A DNA stretch of 64,000 bases from an uncultured bacterium. Its GTDB lineage: Bacteria > Bacillota > Clostridia > Lachnospirales > Lachnospiraceae. The DNA is taken from contig CAMFGH010000004.1 of the NCBI GenBank assembly GCA_945949875.1, positions 3,135-67,134 of the forward strand, given 5' to 3'. Positions 38,954 to 48,362 of this stretch are shown in pieces (position 1 is the first letter of the stretch; the number at the start of each line of letters is the position of its first letter). The notes under the pieces were generated by a model. It worked only from the letters and a program-made list of their open reading frames with translations. It was not told the DNA's origin and did not search any database. The position numbers were made by a program, and so were the translations under genes.

Positions 38954-39110
38954 CTTGCAAAAGAGATAGGGTTTGGTATATACTAAGTAAGCAGTTTGTA
39001 CTGTGTGTAAACAGCTCTTTTAAGAAAGCAGTTTATACTGCGTTTAAACAGCCGTGCTGTAAAGCAAACAGTTATACTGAATGAAAAAGATTTTAAAGGT
39101 GGTAAACAAT

Positions 39111-39614
39111 ATGGCATTATTAAAGAAATGGCGCGATGCTGCATATTCTGAGACAGCAAATAAAGGAGATCTGCAGAGATTCTGGGCAAAATATTTTGAA
39201 GAAGAAAAAGAAATCTATGCACAGCTTTTAAAAAATCCGGATGAAGTAGTGACAGGAACCGTTAAAGAACTGGCAGAAAAATATGATGTTACGGTTATGA
39301 CAATGACCGGTTTTCTGGATGGAATCAATGACAGCTTAAAAGAAGCCAATCCAATCGAAGAAATGGAAGAGGATACAGTAGTTAATCTTGGCTTTGACAA
39401 AGAACGCCTGTATAAAAACATGGTGGCTGCTGAAGCAGACTGGTTATATAATCTGGAAGAGTGGGAGCCTATCTTTGATGAAGAGACCAGAAAAGCTCTT
39501 TACAAAGAACAGAAATCTTCTACAACCATTGTAAAAGAGGCAAAGGTATATCCAAATGATCCATGTCCTTGCGGAAGTGGAAAGAAATATAAGAAATGCT
39601 GCGGCAGAAAATAA
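39111..39614 (+). CDS. SEC-C metal-binding domain protein
   Basis: C-terminal [18 protein letters not shown]. Confidence 0.9.
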   Translation: MALLKKWRDAAYSETANKGDLQRFWAKYFEEEKEIYAQLLKNPDEVVTGTVKELAEKYDVTVMTMTGFLDGINDSLKEANPIEEMEEDTVVNLGFDKERLYKNMVAAEADWLYNLEEWEPIFDEETRKALYKEQKSSTTIVKEAKVYPNDPCPCGSGKKYKKCCGRK

Positions 39615-39858
39615 GAAAAAATGCTGTAGTAGATGATTAACAATGCGATAGCAAACGTTAGAGAAATGTTTGGATAAAAACATAAAGTTGTTGACAAAAA
39701 GAGAAATGAAAAAGCTAGCACAGGACAGGTTTCAAACCCTAAATGACGCTAGCTTTTGAACTTTTATAAAATATGCAAGAGTTTTGGGAGAATTTTTTGG
39801 AAGCTTTCTCAAAAAAGTTTTTTAAAAGATTTTTCCGGTCGAAAAGGGGAACAGAAAT

Positions 39859-40677
39859 ATGAAGAAACATTTATCAACCATTATATTGATTGTGTTTGTA
39901 GTGGCCTTCTGTTATTCGGGATATCAGCTTTATTCGATATATCATAATTATCACGTAGCAGAAGAAGAATACGACAGTCTGGTAGAGAATTATGTTACGA
40001 CCGGTGTTACACCGGCACCTGCACAGGGGCAGGAAGGTGATGCGATGCAGCCGGTTATAGAGGAACCATATCCGCCGCTTCAGATTGATTTCACAGCACT
40101 TTCCGCAGTGAATCCGGATGTTGTGGGATGGATTTATATGGAAAACTGTGCCATTAATTATCCTATCGTGCAGGGAACAGATAATGAGTTTTATCTGACC
40201 AGAACCTTTGAAAAACAGGTGAATTCCTGTGGGGCAATTTTTATGGACAACAGGAATCTTCCGGATTTCTATGATTACAATACGTTCCTGTATGGTCACA
40301 ATATGAAAAACGGAAGCATGTTCGGCAGGCTCAAGGACTTGTATCGGGAAGAAGGATTGTGTGATCAGGATCCATATTTTTACATATATCTGGCAGATGG
40401 TGAAGTCCTGAAATATCGTATTTTCTCTTACTATATAACAACAGATGTGAGCGATAGCTACAACTTTGTCAATGATGATGCCGGATATGAAGCATATGTG
40501 AAAACTGCAAAGAGCAGATCCGCATATACAACTACATTGGGCAGCGAAGAATACGACGCAGCATTGGCAGATCATTCGGCCATGGTGACTTTATCCACCT
40601 GCTCCGGACCGAGTAACGGAAATCAGAGATTTCTGGTACATGGTGTCTGCGTAGCTGATTATAATCAAACGAATTAA
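39859..40677 (+). CDS. srtB: Class B sortase
   Basis: N-terminal TM, NPDVVGWI, INYPIVQGTDN, YGHNMKNGSMFG and catalytic TLSTC...R. Confidence 0.9.
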   Translation: MKKHLSTIILIVFVVAFCYSGYQLYSIYHNYHVAEEEYDSLVENYVTTGVTPAPAQGQEGDAMQPVIEEPYPPLQIDFTALSAVNPDVVGWIYMENCAINYPIVQGTDNEFYLTRTFEKQVNSCGAIFMDNRNLPDFYDYNTFLYGHNMKNGSMFGRLKDLYREEGLCDQDPYFYIYLADGEVLKYRIFSYYITTDVSDSYNFVNDDAGYEAYVKTAKSRSAYTTTLGSEEYDAALADHSAMVTLSTCSGPSNGNQRFLVHGVCVADYNQTN

Positions 40678-40706
40678 GTCATTAGGTTTCAGAAGGTAAG
40701 GAAACG

Positions 40707-42068
40707 ATGAAAAGTAAGAAAAACAGAGTTACGTCCGGGAGAGGTGTCATGTCAAGGAGAGGTATCATGTCCGGGCGAGGTATCATGTCAGGGATTTCGG
40801 CTATGGTCATGCTTCTGGCTATGGTAACGCTTCTGACTGTTATGCTGGTAGGATGTGGTGCGGAGCAGGTTTTAGAAGCAACAAATGAGCTTCAGGAGAC
40901 TGTGCCGGAAGACGCTGCACAAACGATTCCGGAGACAGCTTCGGAAGACATTTCCCCGAAGCATTCTAAGCAGATCGAAATCTATTATTGGGCCATGATG
41001 TCAGATCATGCAGAGAAGGAAGAGGTGACCATTGAAGATTTTCAGGAAGAGGATCTTCAGACGGTTGCCAAGGTCCTGGGGTATCTTTGCAGCCATAATA
41101 TTGTATCCATAGATACCAAAGTGGAAGAATTTTATATTGAACAGGCATCTGATTCGGCATCTGGGCAAGCATCAGATTCGGCATCGAATCAGGGCTCTAA
41201 ACAGAAATCCGGAAAAACATTGCATCTGGATCTGAACAAAGCTTTCGCAGAATATTTGAATACCATGGGAAGCAGCGGCGAGCAGATTGTTTTATCCTCA
41301 CTTGTCAATACGTTTCTGGATGCCTGGAATGGAGACTGCATTTATATCACATCGAATGGTAAGGTTTTGCAGACTGCCCATAAGACCTACGAGGAGGCAT
41401 TTGTAAAATCAGAACTGAATCTGGCGGGTGATGAACTGGAAAAGGATGCGGAAGAAATACATTATCAGATTAAATCCTGTGATCTGGAAAATGATGATAC
41501 CATATCTGTGCCTTCCCTGCAGGTAAAATATCCGGTATTTACTGAAATGTACAATGGGGATGTACAGGAAACCATCAATCAGAAGATTGTGGAATATGTG
41601 GGGCGTTTCTTTGTAGCGGAAGGGCTCAGCGCAGCCGTGGGAGATTATGAGCTATATGAAAACGCCCGGGATATCTACATTGTTTTTCGCGGGACAACCT
41701 GTAGTGAGCAGACGGATTATGAAACCAAAAAGATTTTAACCCTTCATTTTGACCTGGAAACAGGAAGCCTCATACAGTTAAATGAAGTGATGGATGTGGC
41801 TCTGATCGTGAACCGGATCACGGAAGGGGATTATACGATTTTGAGTGATGACATGGACAAAGATTCTTTCCGGAAGATACTGGAAGAAGATTATCCGGAT
41901 TTACAGGAATCTTTGGAACAATTTGATATCGGAAAAGGATTGAGCAGTATTTCGGTTCCACCGGGATATTCCTTTGAAACAGACGATGGGTTACACCTTA
42001 TTTTTTCAGTTTCTCATGAAAAGGGAGATTATGTAGAGATTGTGACAAAGGCGCCTGTACTTCCCTAG
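40707..42068 (+). CDS. Lipoprotein with GerMN-like domain
   Basis: LVGC lipobox; LHLDLNKAF...GSSGEQIVLSSLVNT resembles GerMN. Confidence 0.6.
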   Translation: MKSKKNRVTSGRGVMSRRGIMSGRGIMSGISAMVMLLAMVTLLTVMLVGCGAEQVLEATNELQETVPEDAAQTIPETASEDISPKHSKQIEIYYWAMMSDHAEKEEVTIEDFQEEDLQTVAKVLGYLCSHNIVSIDTKVEEFYIEQASDSASGQASDSASNQGSKQKSGKTLHLDLNKAFAEYLNTMGSSGEQIVLSSLVNTFLDAWNGDCIYITSNGKVLQTAHKTYEEAFVKSELNLAGDELEKDAEEIHYQIKSCDLENDDTISVPSLQVKYPVFTEMYNGDVQETINQKIVEYVGRFFVAEGLSAAVGDYELYENARDIYIVFRGTTCSEQTDYETKKILTLHFDLETGSLIQLNEVMDVALIVNRITEGDYTILSDDMDKDSFRKILEEDYPDLQESLEQFDIGKGLSSISVPPGYSFETDDGLHLIFSVSHEKGDYVEIVTKAPVLP

Positions 42069-42772
42069 AAGTGCAGACGCCTTCTTGCTGCTTCCCGAAG
42101 TCTGGGGATAAAGAACAAAGAAATAATAAGAATGCTCAGTATAGCGCATACCGTGAGTACCACAGCAGACCAGGTGATGCGATAGGGCTTTTCTGCATAG
42201 TGCCGGCACAACAATTCGATACCGATACAGAAAATCGAAATATCGGAAAGAATATAAAGACCAAGGGCGGAAAAACTGTGGCTTACCTTTTGATGCAGCA
42301 GCATCGTGCACACCCACAGAAATGTGAAAAGCAGTGGGATGGGCAGAGCCAGGGAATAGAACCAGTCGAAACGCCCGATCAGTATGGCCAGCATATACAA
42401 AAACAGGATCACCACGCCGCCATCCAGTATGATTGCCAGATAGGGTGATATTTTGTGGTATATGATAAAGGGTATGGAAAAGACCCAAAGGAGCAGGCAG
42501 ATTCCAAGTACAATCAGTGACCAGGGAGCTTTCGAAAAGACAAACAGATTCAAAAGTCCACAGGTGACGGACACCGTAATCAGGAAAATGGTGTATATAA
42601 TGGCAATATCTTTCCGACGGACCGGCTCATCCACTTTTCCTTTTCGGGAAGGGTATGGAGAGACTGCTTCTTCCGTGGGAATATTATGAGGGTCCAGAAC
42701 AGGGGTGTTGCATAATGGACAGCGTTTCAGGGATGCGTCCAGTTCCACACCACAGTGAACACAGTATGACAT
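42065..42772 (-). CDS. Zinc-ribbon membrane protein (DUF6320-like)
   Basis: MSYCVHCGVEL...CPLC followed by about six TM helices and an RRRLHF end; GGAGG RBS. Confidence 0.75.
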   Translation of the reverse strand: MSYCVHCGVELDASLKRCPLCNTPVLDPHNIPTEEAVSPYPSRKGKVDEPVRRKDIAIIYTIFLITVSVTCGLLNLFVFSKAPWSLIVLGICLLLWVFSIPFIIYHKISPYLAIILDGGVVILFLYMLAILIGRFDWFYSLALPIPLLFTFLWVCTMLLHQKVSHSFSALGLYILSDISIFCIGIELLCRHYAEKPYRITWSAVVLTVCAILSILIISLFFIPRLREAARRRLHF

Positions 42773-42783
42773 AAAAAACCTCC

Positions 42784-44148
42784 TTATGAACGGTTACTCT
42801 CGATCTTGACCGGGATTCCGTCCTGAATCAATTTGCAGAAAAAATACTGTTCTACATCAGCTTCTTTGATGCTGCTGGCAAAATTTATGGTTAAAATATC
42901 CTCAAAACTGATGATGGCACAGTTGGTCCGATTGGAAAAGGGCTGTCCCATATAGATATCGAAACGTTCCAGATAGGGTTTCATATCATCAGGAACCTGT
43001 AGTGCCCCCATATTGGTAAGACCTGCAGAGGAGTTTTTGTCCTGCACCTTGGTATAAAATGTCCTGACAACAAGGTCTTTTATAAACAGAGGAACCACGC
43101 GGATGAAGGGATTGCGCTGGGTTGCAGCATTGGTAGTGATATCTCCGCGCAGGTATTTCTCATTGATATAGAACTGCATGTAATTATGAACATGCTTTGT
43201 GATTTCTTCAAAGGTATAGTCGCCAAGCCTTGGATCGATGGAAGGGTAGATCATCGTAATGAAATTGCGCAGGGTTTTGGAAGGGAAAAATCTGCGCAGA
43301 TTGATGGGCATGGCAATTTTGACCGGACGCAGTTTGGAATGTCGGTCAGCGGCCTGTTTTTGCAGCAAAGCATATAACAGGACGGAATTCAAGTATTCCG
43401 TGATGGTCACATGATATTTCTCCTTGGCTACTTTCATCACCCGGGAAACGGACATAATGCCATCTATGATATTCAGAGTATAAAAAGGCTCTTTGGTTCC
43501 CCGAACGCGATAGGCCTTTTCCGCCATTCTGGGTGGACGGGTCATGGCGTTGGAATAACGCATATAGGCATCTTCCAATTCTTCCGGATCCGGCTTTTCG
43601 TTGATATCCAAAACAAAACCGCCGGTGCCGATGGAATGGCCCTGCAGGCGTAAGTACTGTGCAAGAAGCGTCTGCAGCACACACATACCGCCGGTTCCGT
43701 CACCGAGAGAGTGATGGGCCTCCAAAGCAATTCGGTTTCCGTGATAGTATACACGAATCAGGTAGCGGTTATTAGATTTAAAGGGAATCGGCATACAGGG
43801 ATTCTTGATGTCAGGCATGACAAAAGGACCCGGCCGGTTGTTGGGCTCTAAATACCGCCAGAACAAGCCTTTCCGAATCGCTGCTTTATAGGTGGGAAAC
43901 CGGGGAAGGATCATATCCAGGGCCTGCTGCAGAAGCTGAGGGTCCACCGGCTCTTTCATCAGAGCAGACAGTCTGTAAAGAGAAGAAAAATCTTTCCTTT
44001 GCAGTGTGGGGTAAACGATGGCAGACAGATCCAGCCGGTACCAGGTTCTTCGATCGGTTTCGTTTGAAATTTGCTTTTTGGTGTTATCTTTATTTGAAAT
44101 TTGCTTTTTGATGTTTTCTTTTTTTCTCATATTAAACAGTTTATGCAT
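42784..44148 (-). CDS. Alcohol acetyltransferase / condensation-fold acyltransferase family protein
   Basis: WYRLD, RKGLFWRYLE, HXXXD motif HSLGDG and INLRRFFPSKTLRNF. Start uncertain. Confidence 0.75.
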   Translation of the reverse strand: MHKLFNMRKKENIKKQISNKDNTKKQISNETDRRTWYRLDLSAIVYPTLQRKDFSSLYRLSALMKEPVDPQLLQQALDMILPRFPTYKAAIRKGLFWRYLEPNNRPGPFVMPDIKNPCMPIPFKSNNRYLIRVYYHGNRIALEAHHSLGDGTGGMCVLQTLLAQYLRLQGHSIGTGGFVLDINEKPDPEELEDAYMRYSNAMTRPPRMAEKAYRVRGTKEPFYTLNIIDGIMSVSRVMKVAKEKYHVTITEYLNSVLLYALLQKQAADRHSKLRPVKIAMPINLRRFFPSKTLRNFITMIYPSIDPRLGDYTFEEITKHVHNYMQFYINEKYLRGDITTNAATQRNPFIRVVPLFIKDLVVRTFYTKVQDKNSSAGLTNMGALQVPDDMKPYLERFDIYMGQPFSNRTNCAIISFEDILTINFASSIKEADVEQYFFCKLIQDGIPVKIESNRS

Positions 44149-44294
44149 TTATGAGTGGTTATGCAAGTAAAATGGTTGAAAGAAATTGGAAAATAGGACA
44201 TACTGGGAACAGAGAATATGACGGATGTAGAACCCAACATATCCGATAGCGACTCGGGCGGATATTTGAGAAATTAGAAAGGAAGGAGATTCCC

Positions 44295-45200
44295 ATGGCA
44301 TCTGAAAAATCGCATCAGGGGTTGATGCAGCTCATAAAAATGGCACATGGCTTTATTGAAAATACGGATCTTGAGAAGCACAGACATTCCCAGGATCAGA
44401 TGGGACCGCTTCTGGCACCCTCTAAAGATATGCTGATATCCGACGTGGATATCGATGGCATGCATGGGGAATGGGTCTGCGTGAATCGTGCCCATATGAA
44501 AAAGTATGTGATTTTATACTGCCATGGCGGTGGATATTCCACCGGAAGCAGCTTGTATGCCAGAACACTGACAACGAAGCTGGCAGCATCCACATCCATG
44601 GATGTACTTTCTTTCGATTACAGGCTGGCACCGGAACATCCCTATCCGGCAGCACTGGAGGATGCACTAAAAGCATGGAATCATCTGATGCAATATGGTT
44701 ATGGCGCAAGAGATGTTCTGGTTGCAGGGGATTCTGCGGGTGGAAATCTGGCCCTTGCACTGACTCTGAAATTAAAGGAGCAGGCTCGTCTTTTGCCCAA
44801 AGGACTTTTACTGATGTCTCCATGGACGGACCTGGCAGGCTCCGGAAAATCATATCTTTCTAAAAGAGACGCGGATCCGGTATTGAACGCAGGCTATCTG
44901 GATGCCATGAAAGAGAATTATCTGGGCGCTCAGAATACACAGGAAACGTGGGCAGATCCATTTGTTTCTCCGCTGTATGGTGACTTTGAAGATTTTCCAC
45001 CCACATATATCCAGGTGGGTGATCAGGAAATCCTGCGCAGTGATTCTGTTCTTTTGTACAAAAAGATGAATAAGGCCGGAGTCAATGTAAAAATAGATAT
45101 TTACAAAGGTATGTGGCATGTGTTCCAGATGTCACCGCTCAAGACTGCTTATGATGCGATGGAGAAAAATGCTGAGTTTATTTTTTCTTTGTGCAGATAA
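44295..45200 (+). CDS. Alpha/beta hydrolase (HSL-family esterase)
   Basis: HGGG, DYRLAPEHPYPA, GDSAGG and GMWHVF motifs. Confidence 0.92.
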   Translation: MASEKSHQGLMQLIKMAHGFIENTDLEKHRHSQDQMGPLLAPSKDMLISDVDIDGMHGEWVCVNRAHMKKYVILYCHGGGYSTGSSLYARTLTTKLAASTSMDVLSFDYRLAPEHPYPAALEDALKAWNHLMQYGYGARDVLVAGDSAGGNLALALTLKLKEQARLLPKGLLLMSPWTDLAGSGKSYLSKRDADPVLNAGYLDAMKENYLGAQNTQETWADPFVSPLYGDFEDFPPTYIQVGDQEILRSDSVLLYKKMNKAGVNVKIDIYKGMWHVFQMSPLKTAYDAMEKNAEFIFSLCR

Positions 45201-45312
45201 ATTATAAATTATTTTACATATTTCATTTGCAGATATTGAAAAAGTGCGCTAGAATCATAGTGTTTGGGCTTGCTTTGGAGTATTATTTGGGCTTGCTTTG
45301 GAGGAATGAAAA

Positions 45313-46341
45313 ATGGAAATGGAATTTTTGAGAAAACTGCCGATACCGAGAGAGGTAAAGGAACAGTTTCCGTTAAGCGATAAGGTAAAGAAAATCAAAG
45401 AGGAACGGGATCAGACCATCAAAAATATTTTTGCCGGTAAGGACAACAGGCTGCTTCTGATCATCGGTCCTTGTTCTGCTGATAATGAAGATGCGGTGCT
45501 GGATTATATTTCCAGACTGCGTAAAGTGCAGGATAAAGTAATCGATAAAGTTTATATTATACCGCGTATCTACACCAATAAACCGCGTACCACAGGTGCC
45601 GGTTATAAAGGAATGCTTCATCAGCCGAATCCGGAGGAGAAAACGGATATGCTGAAAGGTATCATCGCCATCAGGCAGATGCACACCAGAGCCATTGAAG
45701 AAACCGGTTTTACCTGTGCCGATGAAATGCTTTATCCGGAAAACCACAGATATTTATCGGATTTGTTATCCTATGTTGCAGTGGGTGCACGTTCGGTGGA
45801 AAACCAGCAGCATCGTCTGACTGCAAGCGGACTGGGACTTCCGACCGGTATGAAGAATCCCACAGGCGGGGATTTGACGGTTATGATGAATTCCATTATT
45901 GCCGGACAGAGTGGACACACCTTCCTTTACAGAGGCTGGGAAGTACAGACCAAAGGAAATCCCTATACTCATGCGATTTTAAGAGGATATGTAGATAAAT
46001 TCGGCAGAAATATGCCAAACTATCATTACGAAGATCTGCAGAATGTATTCGAGTTGTATGCAGAAAGAAATTTGGCCAATCCTGCAGTGATCATTGATAC
46101 GAACCACTCCAATTCCGGAAAGAAATTTGAAGAACAGATCCGTATCAGCAAGGATGTTTTACATAGCTGCAAAGTCTCTGATGATATCAGGAAACTGGTG
46201 AAGGGACTGATGATCGAAAGCTATATTGAGGATGGATGCCAGAAGGTGGGCGAACATTGCTATGGTAAATCCATTACGGATCCATGCCTGGGCTGGGAGA
46301 AATCAGAGAAGCTGATTTATGATCTGGCTGAGTTGTGGTAA
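45313..46341 (+). CDS. aroF: DAHP synthase (class I-alpha, AroF/AroG-like)
   Basis: IIGPCSA, KPRT, VGARS, GMKN, ILRG, DTNHSNS and SITDPCLGW motifs. Confidence 0.9.
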   Translation: MEMEFLRKLPIPREVKEQFPLSDKVKKIKEERDQTIKNIFAGKDNRLLLIIGPCSADNEDAVLDYISRLRKVQDKVIDKVYIIPRIYTNKPRTTGAGYKGMLHQPNPEEKTDMLKGIIAIRQMHTRAIEETGFTCADEMLYPENHRYLSDLLSYVAVGARSVENQQHRLTASGLGLPTGMKNPTGGDLTVMMNSIIAGQSGHTFLYRGWEVQTKGNPYTHAILRGYVDKFGRNMPNYHYEDLQNVFELYAERNLANPAVIIDTNHSNSGKKFEEQIRISKDVLHSCKVSDDIRKLVKGLMIESYIEDGCQKVGEHCYGKSITDPCLGWEKSEKLIYDLAELW

Positions 46342-46342
46342 G

Positions 46343-46392
46343 AAAAAACCCCTTTTGTCAGACAAAATGTATGTCTGACGAGAGGGGTTTTT
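46343..46392. terminator. Bidirectional terminator
   Basis: AAAAAACCCCTTTTGTCAGACA...TGTCTGACGAGAGGGGTTTTT between convergent genes. Confidence 0.85.
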
Positions 46393-46406
46393 GCCTTCAT
46401 AAAGTC

Positions 46407-46823
46407 TTACTGTGTCAATTTTTTCTCCATAAGGTAAAACTGAAAAGAGCCTGTCTGAAGAACCTGCTGCTTGTCATCACGAATTTCCACCTGGTAGACA
46501 GCAATATGTTTTCCCTGCCTGGCGACCCTGGCTTCACATTGGACATATTCGGTAAGGAAAGCCGGGAGAAGATAGTTCATATTTCCCTGAGTGGTTGTAG
46601 CATAATGTCCATAGGTGCAGGCGGCAACGCCTGAGACAATATCAGCCAGTGAGTACAAAACTCCGCCATGAAGCGAGCCATAGGGATTGCACAAATCGTG
46701 CCGATATGGAATTTGCGCCATAGCATGACCTTCTTCAATGAGGGAAAAATGCAGGCCAAGATTTTGAATATATTCATTTCCGGTTATGAAGTGCTCCAGC
46801 TTTTGTCTAATTTCTTTTTCCAT
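46407..46823 (-). CDS. PaaI-family hot-dog thioesterase
   Basis: NPYGSLHGGVLYSLAD motif. Confidence 0.9.
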   Translation of the reverse strand: MEKEIRQKLEHFITGNEYIQNLGLHFSLIEEGHAMAQIPYRHDLCNPYGSLHGGVLYSLADIVSGVAACTYGHYATTTQGNMNYLLPAFLTEYVQCEARVARQGKHIAVYQVEIRDDKQQVLQTGSFQFYLMEKKLTQ

Positions 46824-47032
46824 GTGCTTATCTGTGTGCCTCTTTCGTAAATTTATCGTTTCATTATCAAATGTATCGTTATATTCTGCTTTGTAAGAGT
46901 GTGTTGTATTTCTATATTCTATTTTACCTGTAAATTGCGTCTCTTATCATAGCACAGTTCTGCGGCTTTCTCAACGAACTCCGATTATATTATTGGGCGG
47001 ACTCTATTATTGTGACTATCAGGCGTAAAAAT

Positions 47033-47260
47033 CCTTCCCAACAAGCTTTTTGTAGGTCCTATGGGCTGTGCCTTAGCATGTTGGGCCTACAGTTTCCCTT
47101 CCCAACAAGCTTTTTGTAGGTCCTATGGGCTGTGCCTTAGCATGTTGGGCCTACAGTTTCCCTTCCCAACAAGCCTTTTATAGGCCCTATAGACTGAAGC
47201 TTAGCTTGCTGGGCCTACAATTTTCCGTCCCAGCGGTTTTTTTATAGGCTCTATGGATTT
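47033..47260. repeat. Tandem array of ~3.5 64-bp units with internal inverted motifs
   Basis: Units start at 47033, 47097 (identical), 47161 and 47225 (diverged); TGTAGGTCC-N23-GGGCCTACA-N23. Confidence 0.9.
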
Positions 47261-47350
47261 GTCTTGTGACTATGGGGCAGGAAAAAGAGTTAAAGGTCAC
47301 AAAATCAGCAGGGAACAAAACACATATTAAATATGTATTCATTCATTGAT

Positions 47351-47379
47351 TTGAAATATACCCAGTGGGGGTATATAAT
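47351..47379 (+). promoter_or_regulatory. SigA promoter with CsoR-type operator
   Basis: TTGAAA-17 bp-TATAAT overlapped by ATATACCC-AGTGG-GGGTATAT, the G/C-tract pseudo-palindrome typical of CsoR operators. Confidence 0.8.
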
Positions 47380-47424
47380 CCAGGCACAGGAACAGAAAGA
47401 TTAAGATAATTGAATGTGTAATAT

Positions 47425-47676
47425 ATGCAAGGGAATACGATACGTCATAAATATGTGCAAGATCACAGAATATACAAAAAGAAGTGCAAGATTAAGAAAG
47501 ATGCATATTGTACAGATATTATCATGCAGGTAGCAGCTGTGAATGCTGTACTGAACAGTTTTAATAAAGTTTTGCTAACGGAACATATCAAAACCAGCGT
47601 GACCCGGAACATTAAAGAAGGCAGAGAAGAAACGGTAGATGATCTTGTGAATACGATTCAGAAGTTGATGAAATAA
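47425..47676 (+). pseudogene. csoR: Truncated CsoR copper-sensing repressor
   Basis: Only the C-terminal half is recognisable (YCTDIIMQVAAV...EHIKTS...); the RLxRIEGQ helix is absent and the last Cys ligand appears as Ser. Confidence 0.75.
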
Positions 47677-47699
47677 TATCGGAGGATGATAATACGCAG

Positions 47700-48216
47700 A
47701 TGGAACAATATACAGTAACCGGAATGAGTTGCGCGGCGTGCGTGGCCGGAGTAGAAAAGAGCAGGTCCACTCTGAAAAACATCAAGGAAAATCTCTTCTG
47801 GGCATTTTTCTATAATTCCATCGGAATTCCTCTTGCAATGGGTGTGCTGGTTCCGTTGGGGATTACTTTAAATCCGATGTTCGGAGCAGTAGCTATGAGT
47901 TTGTCCAGCTTTTGTGTTGTCAGCAATGCATTGAGGCTGAATCTTTTAAAAATCCATGATGCAAGCCATGATAAGAAAAGGGTGCATGGAAGTAAAGATA
48001 CGAAAAAATAAATGAAGAAGCAGGAAAAGCAGAAGCAGGAAAAGTAGAAGTAGCAGAAATAGAAACAGCAGAAACAGGAAAAGCAGAAGTAGGAAAAATA
48101 GAAATAGAGAAAAAGAAAACGGAACTGCAGTAGTTACTCTTTCCGGAGAGATTGGTGATGATGCGCTGAAAACAGCAGTACAGGAACAGGATCATAAGGT
48201 TTTGGAAATCAAGTAA
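47700..48216 (+). pseudogene. copA: Internally deleted copper P1B-ATPase (CopA) remnant
   Basis: HMA start GMSCAAC fused in frame to the last TM segments (NLFWAFFYN...AMSLSS); a further HMA-tail fragment GTAVVTL...KVLEIK* lies at 48121-48216. Confidence 0.85.
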
Positions 48217-48362
48217 ATTGGGTAATTGATCAATGAGCTCTCACTTCGGTGGGAGCTTTCTTGTTTGAAAAAGGCAAAAGAAAGACATTGGAAAATCAGG
48301 GGCTTTGTGTTACTATTGTTATGGTATAAAAATTCATAAAGCTACAACAAACGAGATACAAT

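Noticed and set aside
47033-47260. CRISPR array interpretation
   Set aside because: Whole 64-bp units are duplicated with no unique spacers.
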